Source of the DNA: Octopus bimaculoides
Lineage: Eukaryota
Direction: 5' to 3'
DNA length: 64,000 bases
Assembly (NCBI RefSeq): GCF_001194135.2
Contig: NC_068985.1
Location: 115,883,514-115,947,513 of the forward strand
In this document: positions 26,429-39,449 of the stretch, piece after piece
Numbering within the stretch: the stretch's first letter is position 1
How the letters are laid out: the number at the start of each line of letters is the position of its first letter
The notes under the pieces: generated by a model
Seen by the model: only the letters and a program-made list of their open reading frames with translations
Databases searched by the model: none
What the model was told of the DNA's origin: nothing
Translations under genes and position numbers: made by a program

Positions 26429-27829
26429 CTGGAACAGAGGGACCAAGGCGCGAGCACACAACAACAATCCAGGCGAGTAACAGTAATTAGCAGAACGAGC
26501 AAGCATACGAATAAAGTTGAACAGCCGCAACAACTATTTAAATTTCAGAACCGATTTCCCAATCAACCTATTTATGCAAACAAGTCTATTTTATTCAAAT
26601 TGAAGATACCTCTAGTATCAGTAGAACTATAACACAATTCACGTAGTTTGCACGCCATTTCGAAACCAAACCACCAACATATGCAAATATACCGCACAAT
26701 TATGCAATTTCAAAATTCTATTATGCTTGAAAAAAACACTCAATTCCTTTCTACTTAGAGTTTTGTCACTATTCAGCATGTAAAATTGAATGATGGCGAT
26801 AGATTTATGATACTGAGGTTTTGCATCACCAGTACAGGTTATCCTTTAAAATTATGACCAAGTACTGACCATTGTGAAGACTTACATAAAGATTTTCATG
26901 ACAAGATGGCAGCAGCATGACCTAAGTAAAAGCACGTCATTTAGCAGAGTGTAAAAATAAATAGTTTGCCTCTAATAATATACTGCATATAAGTTATGAA
27001 TAACGCATTGAGTGCTATAAGTTGTTAAAAATATCAATAAATAGAAAACCATAACATACACACACACACACACATACACACACACACGCGCGCGCGCGCG
27101 CGCGTGTGCGTGAGTATGCGACTATGCATATGCGTGTCTGTCAATGGGTGTGATGAATTTTTGGAGGTTTGGTTCGAGAAAGATACAAGAGGAAATAAGA
27201 ACGAAAGTTAGAAAGAAACAAAGGAAGAAATACAATTTCAACCATTTTCTGGAAAGGTGAAATTGCATTGTATTTTGGGTGTAGTTGTCATATTATCCAG
27301 ATGGTTTTAGAAGTCTTTTAGATGCAGGTGTATTTATATGTGTCTGTGTCTGTGTCTGTGTTTGTGTGCATGTGTGTGCGCTCGTGTGTGTTTTTGTATG
27401 TATATATGTATGTGTGTGTGTGTGCGTGTTTAAGCATATATGTGTAACAGAGTACACAATACCTTATGTGGCCTTAATTCCTTAAAATCATTACTACCCT
27501 TCATATTAACTGGTATTCCATGGTTATTTTTCTGGTATTCAGACTTCCTATAATCATCTCTCCTCTTAGTCTTTAGCTGGCTATTATTTGTCTTTCTTCC
27601 GTCAACTATTATATTGCGATTATTGCCAGGATTCCTTTATTCCATTGTTTTTTTTTCTTTTAGTTTTTTTGTATAATTTTAATTTTTCCCTCTATCCTGA
27701 TTTCCCTAGTGCTACATTATAAAAGTCCTCCTTCCGTTTTTAGTTGATCATAGTTGGGAGTTGTGTTTGCGATGACGATATTAACAAAAATACATATACA
27801 TCTTGTTGATGTACTTCACGATAATAAAG

Positions 27830-27945
27830 AACATCATCATCACCATTATCGTCATCATAATCATTACCATCATCATCATCATCGTTTCCAACATCGTTAT
27901 CATTACAATCATCATCATCATTACCATCATCATCGCCGTTGTAGC
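27830..27945. repeat. Degenerate (CAT)n microsatellite
   Basis: Direct reading; source of the poly-His and poly-Met ORFs. Confidence 0.9.
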
Positions 27946-28367
27946 ATTATTCAAGGTGGCCAGAGAGTGAAATATAAATGATAATTCCACTGAATCAATG
28001 CTAAAGAAGATGGCTATGTTGTGAGTACATAGGATATTTATTAGCAGTTCAGTATTTAAATAGAATTCCTTTCCCCGCCCTCCCACCACTCTCAACCCAT
28101 CAGTTGATTGTCAGCATAAATCAATGTCTGTTTTTGTTTTGAAATGAAGTTAACGCACACCCTCATATACTTTCTCACAAGTACGCATACAAACACGGAG
28201 ACACACATACACACACAAGCCCACACATAAAACAATACACATACACACATACGAACACATTGCAAAAAATATCAAGAACCTGTAGACATCTTACATTCAC
28301 ACACACACTTATACACATACACACCACACATACACAAACGCACACACACACATACACACACACACAT

Positions 28368-28404
<37 letters not shown>

Positions 28405-28910
28405 CATATATTCATACACAGATAGACATTACATACATAATATATATATGTGTGTGTGTGTGTATACACGAACATACATACATACATACAGACATACATG
28501 CATACATACGTACGTACATACATACATACATAAATACATACATACAAAAATACCCTGTTGTTGATGTTGAAATTCCAATGAAAGAACCTTGGATCTAGGT
28601 TAGAAACCGGTTTTTTTTCTCTATTGGTAAGAAATTTTGAAATTAAACTGAGCAATGACATACATGTGTACGTACATACATACATACATACATTTATGGT
28701 ATATAGCAATATGGTGAATATTTAAAAGGAATTAATCCGAAATTATCAAATGATTAGAACTTGAAATATAACTCACCGCACCACTCACGCACGCACACAG
28801 TCACACACACACACACACGCACGCACATACACAAACACAAATACACAAAGTAATGTATAATTCACATATGCATAGATAAGACCTGCAGGTCCCCTTCCAA
28901 ACACACTTAC

Positions 28911-28980
28911 CAGCTGGTTGGCTGCATAGTATGTCGTTAGAACAAACGATATTCTAAGTCTATTGCCAATATTCCATTTC
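28911..28980 (-). other. Candidate 70-nt internal exon
   Basis: Minus strand: GTGTCTTTCAG|GAAATGG...AACCAGCTG|GTAAGT (perfect donor). One frame open: KWNIGNRLRISFVLTTYYAANQL; no homology recognised. Confidence 0.35.
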
Positions 28981-31269
28981 CTGAAAGACACGTTTTATTT
29001 GTCTTTTTGCTTTTGGGAGGGGTTCTATTGAAACATGTTGCGAATTCAACACCGATTCATATTGGGTCAAGCTGGAGCAAAATGCATTGAAAGTAATGCC
29101 CTAAATTTCCACCGAGTTCTCTCTCTCTGTTATTGCATTGACCTTCTAATGAACACAGTTATCTTCGAACTCAGAAGCACATACATTCATAAGAAACCCC
29201 GCAAGACATCCGATCCGAAGCTATACCAATTCTACTAGTTCATCGTCCATTTCTCTCTCTCTCTCTCTCTATTTCTCTCTATCTATCTCTCTATCTCTCT
29301 CTCCCTCTCTCTCTCTCTCTCTGGCTCTCTATGTCTATCGCCCACTTCTCTGTCTCTCTCTTCACACACACTCAAACACTCCTACACGCACATATATATG
29401 CATGTTTGTATGTGTATGTGTATGTGTGCGTGCGTGTGCGCATGCGTTCGTGTGTGTTTGTACGTGCTATGTATGTGTGCATGCGTCTATGTTATGACGT
29501 CCTTGTATTTACGTTTTATAATATATGCCTGTGTATATGTATGTTATGAATACGTGTATTTATTTTTTTATATTATACTATATATATATATATATATATN
29601 NNNNNNNNNNNNNNNNNNNNNNNNNNNNNNNNNNNNNNNNNNNNNNNNNNNNNNNNNNNNNNNNNNNNNNNNNNNNNNNNNNNNNNNNNNNNNNNNNNNN
29701 NNNNNNNNNNNNNNNNNNNNNNNNNNNNNNNNNNNNNNNNNNNNNNNNNNNNNNNNNNNNNNNNNNNNNNNNNNNNNNNNNNNNNNNNNNNNNNNNNNNN
29801 NNNNNNNNNNNNNNNNNNNNNNNNNNNNNNNNNNNNNNNNNNNNNNNNNNNNNNNNNNNNNNNNNNNNNNNNNNNNNNNNNNNNNNNNNNNNNNNNNNNN
29901 NNNNNNNNNNNNNNNNNNNNNNNNNNNNNNNNNNNNNNNNNNNNNNNNNNNNNNNNNNNNNNNNNNNNNNNNNNNNNNNNNNNNNNNNNNNNNNNNNNNN
30001 NNNNNNNNNNNNNNNNNNNNNNNNNNNNNNNNNNNNNNNNNNNNNNNNNNNNNNNNNNNNNNNNNNNNNNNNNNNNNNNNNNNNNNNNNNNNNNNNNNNN
30101 NNNNNNNNNNNNNNNNNNNNNNNNNNNNNNNNNNNNNNNNNNNNNNNNNNNNNNNNNNNNNNNNNNNNNNNNNNNNNNNNNNNNNNNNNNNNNNNNNNNN
30201 NNNNNNNNNNNNNNNNNNNNNNNNNNNNNNNNNNNNNNNNNNNNNNNNNNNNNNNNNNNNNNNNNNNNNNNNNNNNNNNNNNNNNNNNNNNNNNNNNNNN
30301 NNNNNNNNNNNNNNNNNNNNNNNNNNNNNNNNNNNNNNNNNNNNNNNNNNNNNNNNNNNNNNNATCTTATATATATATATATATATGAATGTATGTGTAT
30401 ATGTGGTTCTTGTGTGTATGAGTCGACTATAGTAATCTAAAATAATAATTGTTTGTAATAGCAACATAAACACATAGACAAGGAAGAATAATGATTGAGA
30501 CTAAACAATGAAATAAATTACTCTATAATTTATAGATCTTGTTAAATTTAATTTGCATAATCAGGTTTTGATTTCATATTTTTGTAGACTTTATTATTTT
30601 AATTTATTTTCATTTATTTATTTCTTTGGTTAATTTCCTTCCGTATTTTCACACTGTTGAAGTGTGATGTGGCGTATCACTCTATAATGTCGACCACTCT
30701 GTTGTGTTTTTGTTGTTGTTCCTGCTACTGTTTAACCTCAGGTCATCTTTGATCGAGCAGACGACTGATCAAAGTTGTTCCAACCTTAACTATTCAATCT
30801 TTCTCCCTATGTACACAGAACTCAGGAAAGCATGTCCATTTTTATGCAAATTAAGATTTAGCTGGTATTATTGCTAGAACGACCTACTTGGTGGCTTGTT
30901 TCTCGTGTTGGAATAGAGATCTAAGCTGCCTCTTTGCTTTATACCACCTTCTGGTTCTGGGGTACTTTTAACGGGGCTTCCTCTAGTACAAGCCTTAGGG
31001 CCAGGTTCTTTGTATGAATTTAGCTTCCTTCCTCCCTGCTTTCTACAAGTCACAGATATATGATTAGAAGATAAGACGATATGAGTATAAAATTAGTAAA
31101 TCATAAACAAGGTAATACTCCTTGCTCTAACCTCTTAACTAGGAGAAACTAGAGCAAACTTTTGAAATCGAGACATGTGGTCCTCTAGCTCTTTGACTAC
31201 TCTTAAACTGTGAAACGCATTACAGCATGGCAAACAAATATGGATATGAATGTGTATGTGTATGTGTGT

Positions 31270-31315
<46 letters not shown>

Positions 31316-31699
31316 GTGCGTGTGTGTGCACGCACGCGTTTGCTGGCGTTTGTGCTTCGGAGGTTCGCTTCCCAATTACATGTTTTTAGATTCAGTTTCA
31401 AAACACACTTGGTGCAAACTCTACAGCCGAAGCTATTCCAGGAAGACCATCCTGGTTTGTTTTATACCAATTAATATGTTACCCAATGCGCTATTCTTTT
31501 TTTAAAAAATAAAATTGTGTGCGTTGATATAAGTTCAGTTGCTATTTCGAGCAGAACGTGTGATTGTATATATCACGTGTTGACTTGGGGTTCGGTGTAA
31601 TATCATGTAAAGCTTCCAAGGTGTTAGTGTGTTAGTTAATGTTGATTATGGAATGCATTTGAAAGTACGATTGATTTTAGTCTAGAGTTAGACACTTTA

Positions 31700-31970
31700 A
31701 GCTGGTTGAACGACGACGACGATAATTGTCTCCGGAAAATACAATTATCTCCGGAAAATACCCACAAGGATTATTTACATGGATGTTTACTACTGGAATG
31801 AAGTTACACTCCAAGTACTGTTTCTTCTTTCTTTTTTCCAGCGCATCACTCTCACTTCCTACTACAACTCTCCTCTTATAGATGTAATAATCCATTCCTC
31901 TACTATTTCGGGCTCCGATGAAGGGATGCATTGGATTTTCCCTGAAACAGCTGTAAGACTTTATCCATAA
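31700..31970 (+). mobile_element. Penelope-like pseudo-LTR fragment with degenerate minimal hammerhead motif
   Basis: 31911-31960: GGCT CCGATGA AGGGA...TCCCT GAAA CAGCTG TA AGAC; same family as the motifs at 55483-55632. Confidence 0.5.
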
Positions 31971-32889
31971 AATATACTGCTAACTTTGCCATTGTTCTCT
32001 TTATCCTTTTCTCTCTTTATACATACACACGCTAATACACGACCTATGTTATAATACCCACTCTTGTTTATACAACGGATGGGGCAAGACTAGCCGGTAT
32101 ACAGCACTTACTCGGTATTACCTGTATCTTTGTGTTTGGTTGAATCCAATCCCCTTCTTAAACTTATATATATNNNNNNNNNNNNNNNNNNNNNNNNNNN
32201 NNNNNNNNNNNNNNNNNNNNNNNNNNNNNNNNNNNNNNNNNNNNNNNNNNNNNNNNNNNNNNNNNNNNNNNNNNNNNNNNNNNNNNNNNNNNNNNNNNNN
32301 NNNNNNNNNNNNNNNNNNNNNNNNNNNNNNNNNNNNNNNNNNNNNNNNNNNNNNNNNNNNNNNNNNNNNNNNNNNNNNNNNNNNNNNNNNNNNNNNNNNN
32401 NNNNNNNNNNNNNNNNNNNNNNNNNNNNNNNNNNNNNNNNNNNNNNNNNNNNNNNNNNNNNNNNNNNNNNNNNNNNNNNNNNNNNNNNNNNNNNNNNNNN
32501 NNNNNNNNNNNNNNNNNNNNNNNNNNNNNNNNNNNNNNNNNNNNNNNNNNNNNNNNNNNNNNNNNNNNNNNNNNNNNNNNNNNNNNNNNNNNNNNNNNNN
32601 NNNNNNNNNNNNNNNNNNNNNNNNNNNNNNNNNNNNNNNNNNNNNNNNNNNNNNNNNNNNNNNNNNNNNNNNNNNNNNNNNNNNNNNNNNNNNNNNNNNN
32701 NNNNNNNNNNNNNNNNNNNNNNNNNNNNNNNNNNNNNNNNNNNNNNNNNNNNNNNNNNNNNNNNNNNNNNNNNNNNNNNNNNNNNNNNNNNNNNNNNNNN
32801 NNNNNNNNNNNNNNNNNNNNNNNNNNNNNNNNNNNNNNNNNNNNNNNNNNNNNNNNNNNNATATATATATATGTGTGTGTGTGTGTGTT

Positions 32890-32946
<57 letters not shown>

Positions 32947-32974
32947 GTATGTATAGATATTTGTGTGTGTGTGT

Positions 32975-33135
32975 GTGTCAGTGTTTATCCACCACCACTT
33001 AGCAAATGGTGTTGGTATGTTTACATCCTCGTATCTTTTCCGTTCAACACAAACCGACCGATAGAATAATAACCAAGTTTTCGCAAATAAGTGCTGGGGT
33101 TAATTTGTTCGAGGCAGTACCCCCAACATGGATGC
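32975..33135 (+). mobile_element. SINE family A 3' half after microsatellite
   Basis: GTGTTTATCCACCACC...GTTGGTATGTTTACATCC...CCGATAGAATAA...GCTGGGGTTAATTTGTTCGA. Confidence 0.7.
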
Positions 33136-34302
33136 TTTCCAAAAATTGAAACTGAAAAGAAAAAAAAATATAAAACCGAATTCTGAAATCATATTGCATA
33201 ATAGTCTTACTCAACAGATCGCTGAAAATATTAGACGTATGTGTTTTGTTCAACGTTTTTTTTTTTTTTTTTGGATCATAGATCGGGTATCGTAAATTGA
33301 AAACTTCTCCAATATAACGACCGTATAAATAAGCATTATATTCCGGGATACGTGACAATTTTAGTCATTTTCAGGAGAATCAAATTTTCCACCAATCTTT
33401 TCAATCATTGCCTGATTTCATATCCTTTTTTTAAAGATTTGAACTCCTTTTCACAATTTCTTCAAAATATGATTATGTTTACATAACGTAAATGGATTAT
33501 CCCATATGCTGTTTGGCGGATTACATTGTTCACCTAGTCTACGGTTTGAGGAAAAAGCACCACGTGCCCTCAGCACGTGCATACGCTTAATAATACGATC
33601 ACGTAATTTGGGAACGAAAAGCGTAAAGAACCATCAATGTGGTTGAAGATTCGAATAAGGATAACGTTCTCTCTATCGCTAAGATTTCAGATTTTTTAAA
33701 ACCGAAAACGTGTTTACGCTAACACTAAGTATGTTTGTTTACAAGGAATGGATTAAACGATCATTCAATCCAATAAAAGAATATGATAATTAGCCGGAAA
33801 ATATGTAAACGAAAAACTTAATTTTATTTTCCAATATCGTGAGTGGAAGATTTGGTGATTTAACTCAGGCTAATATACGTCGGTTTCTTGCAAGTTTTCC
33901 GTATATTGTGTCATGAATTCCTTCTAATACTAACATGTTTTGCAAGCTTAGAGGATTAATATACGTGCGCTTACACATATGTAACACATCCTAGTCGTTC
34001 GAGACAGAAATACGGCTATTTGTTTAAACAGTTTTACATCGCCGAAGAATATCGAAATCTCTTCGATACTTCCTTTGGCAATTGTTTATTTTGTGTTCCA
34101 TTGTCTATTTATCAATGCCATTTTCATATTGAAATAGTTACAAATTCTCTACAAATACACAATGCAATAACGTCTAAAATATTAACAATGTCTGTATACA
34201 CACACACAGAGATATGTCTGTCTGTCTGTCTGTCTGTCTGTGTGTCTGTGTGTCTGTATGTCTGTATGTCTGTATGTATGTATGTATGTATATATGTATG
34301 TT

Positions 34303-34347
<45 letters not shown>

Positions 34348-34623
34348 TCCATTTATGTGATCGTACACGTGTGTGCGTTTCTTGTATGTACGCAGGCATA
34401 TATAGACATGCATAGATATATGTATATATATGTATNNNNNNNNNNNNNNNNNNNNNNNNNNNNNNNNNNNNNNNNNNNNNNNNNNNNNNNNNNNNNNNNN
34501 NNNNNNNNNNNNNNNNNNNNNNNNNNNNNTATATATATATACACACACCCACACACACACACATATATATAAATAAGCATATATATGTACTTATATACAT
34601 ATTTATATATGGGTGTGTATGTT

Positions 34624-34658
<35 letters not shown>

Positions 34659-34796
34659 ACATGTAAGAATCTGAGATAAGAGTTAAAATCCCAGCCAATC
34701 GAATATGCATAAATTTGATTAACGAAGATGTGAAGCCTTTCACCAATTTATGAATCCAAAAAGAAACATACACACACACATACACACACATACACA

Positions 34797-34839
<43 letters not shown>

Positions 34840-35318
34840 ACACGTGTATGTAAATAAATATGACCGTGATATACGTATTACTAAACTATATTCTTTACGT
34901 TTGAATTGTGGTTTCATACTTCGATAGCTTCCGACTACCTCTTTCATATATTCCGATTTGTTGTAATTTAAATGTTTATAGAATACATATTTTTCCTTCA
35001 ATAAATGATACGTTCCCAAAAGCTGGTAATTTTTATGGCAGTTTTCTCAGTATCAAAACACGATTTAGTCTTCACATAAAATTAGTGATGTATTTTCCTG
35101 ATTTTAACATACAATACTGTAGCACTTATCCAGCTTGATGATATCTAACATTTTCAGCAATCCCAGAATGCTGTGCAATATCATGGAATATATCGTACTT
35201 TGTATTTAGCAAACAAATCCTATTTTAGAAGTTGATCAAATGGCATATATTATGTTAAAAATAACTTTTACCTTTACTCTTTTCCGTGGATTAATAAAGA
35301 TTAAATAAATATACTCTG

Positions 35319-35424
35319 CTCTAGAGCTGTATTAGTTTGTATTTGTTAAAAATAGTTCTTTACTTTCTAAACTCTAGAGCTGTATTAGTTTGTATTTGTT
35401 AAAAATAGTTCTTTACTTTCTAAA
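35319..35424. repeat. Perfect 53-bp tandem duplication
   Basis: CTCTAGAGCTGTATTAGTTTGTATTTGTTAAAAATAGTTCTTTACTTTCTAAA at 35319-35371 and 35372-35424. Confidence 0.95.
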
Positions 35425-35489
35425 CGTTTAATTTGCATCCTACGAGTGTTATTCTTTATACATAGTACAGTGTAATACATTGGACTCTC

Positions 35490-35767
35490 CCATCGAAGAC
35501 GACGTATGAAGGTTCAGTATTTGCCGAACGACCTAAACACTAATATATTTATAGTGATCAAATGCATGTGCCGCACTTCAGCTCACTCCCGTCATCGAAT
35601 CAGCGTTGGCTGAACAAATGCACTGTGCTCCACGCGTCAAATTTCAAAGTGAACGCAGAACAAACTCAGATGAAATATTTTGCTCAAGAACACAACACTC
35701 CACCCAGTCTAGGAATTGAAACCATGATCTGGTAACCGTGAGTGTAACACCCTACCCACCAGGCCAT
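35490..35767 (-). mobile_element. tRNA-derived SINE (TGTGTTCTTGAGCAA-type head)
   Basis: Minus strand ATGGCCTGGTGGGTAGGGTGTTACACTCACG...GGTTTCAATTCCTAGAC...GTTGTGTTCTTGAGCAAAATATTTCA; head shared with 57650-57990 and 62655-62960. Confidence 0.75.
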
Positions 35768-35774
35768 ACTATAA

Positions 35775-35834
35775 TATAATATAAACTATATGTATCGTAT
35801 ATTGAAAGGCAAGTTGTCTGTTTGTGTGTGTGTT

Positions 35835-35868
<34 letters not shown>

Positions 35869-36350
35869 CTGTGTTGTGTAAACCACTTCTACTCATACAA
35901 TTTTCAACCGAATTTGACAAAATTTGATATATGTGCACTCTTTGACTTAGGACACTTTTTCTTAAAATTTTTTCCTCAAAATTCCGCGCCCCTAATAGAA
36001 ATAGTCTACTCTAAGTTCGCCTAGAATTTGGCTTGAGTCAGCGAAAAAACGTGACACACCCAGCTGCAAAAAAAAAAAAAATCAATACTTTACTTTGTCA
36101 ACTGTGGCGAGCTCTTATGGACTGCTTGCACACTACTGCCAGCAGTATTCATTTGCGAATTATGATTTGCTTCTGTTTTCACGTGAACGCTATTTTTCAC
36201 ATTCTAACTTAAACTATCCATTTCCAAACTCTTACCCAGAATTACAAATCCTTAATTCGTTCTCTTGACTAACATTTTTGCCAACTATATTTTACTATTT
36301 TTGGGGTGCTACACATTCAGCGCTTTTTCCTTAGGATTTTTTTCTGTTGC
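35775..36350 (+). mobile_element. Helitron/Helentron-like non-autonomous element (5' portion)
   Basis: TATAT...AAAGGCAAGTTGTCTG-(GT)n-...TTTTCAACCGAATTTGACAAAATTTGATATA, the microsatellite plus CCGATTTTxAxxAAACTT block typical of such elements; 3' CTAG end not identified. Confidence 0.4.
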
Positions 36351-36355
36351 GTGTG

Positions 36356-36449
<94 letters not shown>

Positions 36450-36755
36450 TGTGTGTGTGGCAAGAAGAAAATGGAGAGAATCCAGAGGTAGTATTCATCA
36501 ACTGTTAGACATTATATTATGTCTATTTATTTATCTATTCTAAAGATTTCAGATAATATATAAATATATGTGTAAAGTATTAGTAAGGGTAAAATCATTT
36601 ATTACCCTCACCTAATTACTATAGCCAGTAGGGTAATTGCCACGCAATAAACAACACTTGTATATTGGATGGATACTATCCCTTAGTTGGTTGGATTCAC
36701 AGCCTCTAACTCTCTTTAAATTGAATTATATATATGTATATATATATATATATAT

Positions 36756-36925
36756 GGGCGCTGGTGTGACTGTGTGTTAAAAAGCTTGCTTCCCAACAAC
36801 ATGGCTCCAGGTTCAATCTCACTGCGTGGTAACTTGGGCAAGCATCTTCTACTATAGTCGTGGGTTGACCAGACTCTAGTGAGTGGATTTGCTAGGCGTA
36901 AACGGAAAGAAGCCCGTCGTATATA
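36756..36925 (+). mobile_element. SINE family A 5' half
   Basis: GGGCGCTGGTGTGACTGTG...GCTTGCTTCCCAACAACATGGCTCCAGGTTCAATCTCACTGCGTGG...TCTTCTACTATAG...GAAAGAAGCCCGTCGTATA. Confidence 0.85.
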
Positions 36926-36939
36926 GATAGATAGACAGA

Positions 36940-37060
36940 TTGCTACTTATTTTGTTGACCATGAAAGGATGAAATGAACTCAGAGATGTTCTGCAAGATT
37001 TCAACTTAGGACGTAAGATCAGAAGAAATGTTGCTAAGCAATATTTCCGGTGTGCCAACG
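36940..37060 (-). mobile_element. Degenerate SINE family B fragment
   Basis: Reverse complement of CATCCTTTC...GTCAA..AAGTA and GTTAGCAC..GAAATxCTTAGC blocks. Confidence 0.55.
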
Positions 37061-37524
37061 ATCCTCATCTCTATTAGATCTATAATCTAGATCTATTATC
37101 AATCAATTTCTAGAAGTTACCATACTGTACATTTTGTAGGGACAAATATTCTAACGTCAATTTCTTCCATTTCTTAACTGATTTTAAACTGTAAATTGAG
37201 TGAAACTTGACTGATACTTCTAGCAGCTGTGCGACCACATAAAGACTTTCTCGTTCTCGTTGTGTGGTAGTGAAGGTGGATGTCATTTATATTCTCCAGC
37301 GGAAGTAATTATTAATTCTGATTCTAAATTTGTCTATTCATTATTAATTAGGTTTTGTTGAATAGTACGCGTCACTACTTCCTGGTATATTGCAATAAAC
37401 AGAGGTTATTCAATAGACACCGCTAACTAGATATTGACTGAGAAATATTGTAACATTATCCGGTCTTCTTCACGAATATTCTCACAAATACAAACACACG
37501 TACACCTGAACACACTCGTATACA

Positions 37525-37525
<1 letters not shown>

Positions 37526-37609
<84 letters not shown>

Positions 37610-37610
37610 G
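37526..37610. repeat. (CT)n-(CA)n microsatellite
   Basis: Direct reading. Confidence 0.95.
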
Positions 37611-38109
37611 CACAAATACACGCGCGGACACACATATGCAAACATAAACACACACGTATTTTTAAATATACGCAATGATATAGACGATAATGAAATGAAA
37701 TATTAATAAACTGTTTCATTATATGATGCAAGCTAAGTTTCCATTATATTTCTTGGAGTCAAATTGTTATTTAATACCGGTTATATATATTGTATACATT
37801 TTACTCTTCTGCCCAAGAGATTTTGTAAGTCTATAGTTCGTCGGTTGATCTGCTGAAAATGCCTCTCCAGTTCTCCCTGAATTATGCTCACATGTGTTGG
37901 AATCAGGACATTGTGATGATGTATTCTTAGACTGAGGATGCTCAGAAAAAGGACGGAATGTCCATGACTGACAAACCTTTAATCATAGTTCCTGTGCAGC
38001 CAAAGCAAAGTAATGTGTAGGACATCTTAAGATTTCATACGTGAACTAAAATATATATATATCTAGGGCGAGTAAAATTCCCGGGATCCATAGACGAGTT
38101 CGCTCCAGT

Positions 38110-38460
38110 GGTCATTGTCCTTTATCATCGCTACTGTGTCCTGTGTCTCTCAGAGACCCATGTCTGTCCTTAGGGCATCAACATATGTGATCTTCGGTCT
38201 CATTCTTCTAGTGTGTCCGTGTAGGGTGTCCCACATGAGCACTGAGTGAAGTATCAAATCTGAATGACGGTGAGCATGTCCTGCTAACCTCAGTCTCCGC
38301 TGTGTTATTTTCGAGCTAACTTTTGTATATATTTTATTGTGTCTGGGGAGAGTCATTCTGCTTTAATGTCTTATTAATTAACACACTCGCCGGTTTGATT
38401 TCCATTCATTTACTTATCTGTTTTTTCCAAAATTTTCGTTGCTTCTTGCAACTTCTTCAA
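38110..38460 (-). mobile_element. RTE-like LINE 3' end fragment
   Basis: KITQRRLRLAGHAHRHSDLILHSVLMWDTLHGHTRRMRPKITYVDALRTDMGL matches the RRLRxAGHxxR...WxPxxGxRxxGRPxxTYxD C-terminus of RTE-type ORF2. Confidence 0.75.
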
Positions 38461-38497
38461 TAGTATATATTTATATATGCATACACANNNNNNNNNN

Positions 38498-38536
<39 letters not shown>

Positions 38537-38546
38537 TACATTTATA

Positions 38547-38918
38547 TTGGTTCATCTGATAAATAATGCAGAGTTTTCAAATGCATGAACTAAAAGTCGG
38601 AGGGAGACGGAATAAAATAACTGTATCAACTTGCTATAAAAGCAGACGGTAATTTTACATTATACTCGTTGTTAGTGCAAGTATTGAAGAGTGCAGTTAG
38701 ATTTTAACAGTTACATTTTCAAAGCTATAATGGAAGTGACGAAGGAACGTATTCGGCGTATTTTCCTTTATGAGTTCAATAAAGGCAACGGGAAGTGCGG
38801 GGAATATTATTGCAGTATATGGGGATCGGACAATAAGCGTAAGCCTGTATCAAATGTGGCTCCTGAAATTCCGAGCCAGAAACAACAGCCTAGAAGACGA
38901 GCCTCGTCATGAAAGATT
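38547..38918 (+). mobile_element. Mariner 5' fragment (TIR plus N-terminal HTH of transposase)
   Basis: TA|TTGGTTCATCTGATAAATAATGCAGAGTTTT TIR-like end; ATG at 38730: MEVTKERIRRIFLYEFNKGN, then after a frameshift IAVYGDRTISVSLYQMWLLKFRARNNSLEDEPR. Confidence 0.85.
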
Positions 38919-39449
38919 CTTCAGAATACTTTCGGGCTCGATTAAGTAAGTACCAGCTGAACACTGGGGCAATGTAATCGACTTTGTGCCTCCCCCAAAA
39001 GTGTTGTCCCCCACGCCAAAATTTAAAACCAATATTCGTCTCATTATTATTAGTAGTAGTTTTTGTTTTTGTTGTGACTAAAATGATGTGCAGCTTATAA
39101 CGTGTTTGCATTGTGTTTCTAAGGAAATTAACGGTTTCATTATTTTTGAAATAATACAAAGCGTGACATATATACTTTGATTTGAGCGAATTGGATTTAT
39201 GTATATTGTGATTTAATTTTGTTTTATTTATAAGCTTTTGCCTAATTGCCTTGTTTGCGTGTTTTTTTTTTTAAGTATACAGAAGTAAATTCTATAAAAA
39301 TATAATTTTAATTATTTGCATTACGGTGAAAGAGTATGATGAGAAAAGTCGATAGCGTATAAATTATTAAATGTTACGACCAAAAAGAGGAAATATAAAA
39401 GCAATAACATTACATTTTATATAATACTTTATATTTTATGCGATCTCTA

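Noticed and set aside
18783-28095. Poly-Leu, poly-Ile, poly-His and poly-Met ORFs
   Set aside because: Translations of (ATT)n and (CAT)n tracts, with no non-repetitive coding context.
37905-37975. Box C/D snoRNA-like motif (GTGATGA...CTGA...CTGA)
   Set aside because: Short, with no convincing terminal stem and no rRNA-complementary guide recognised.
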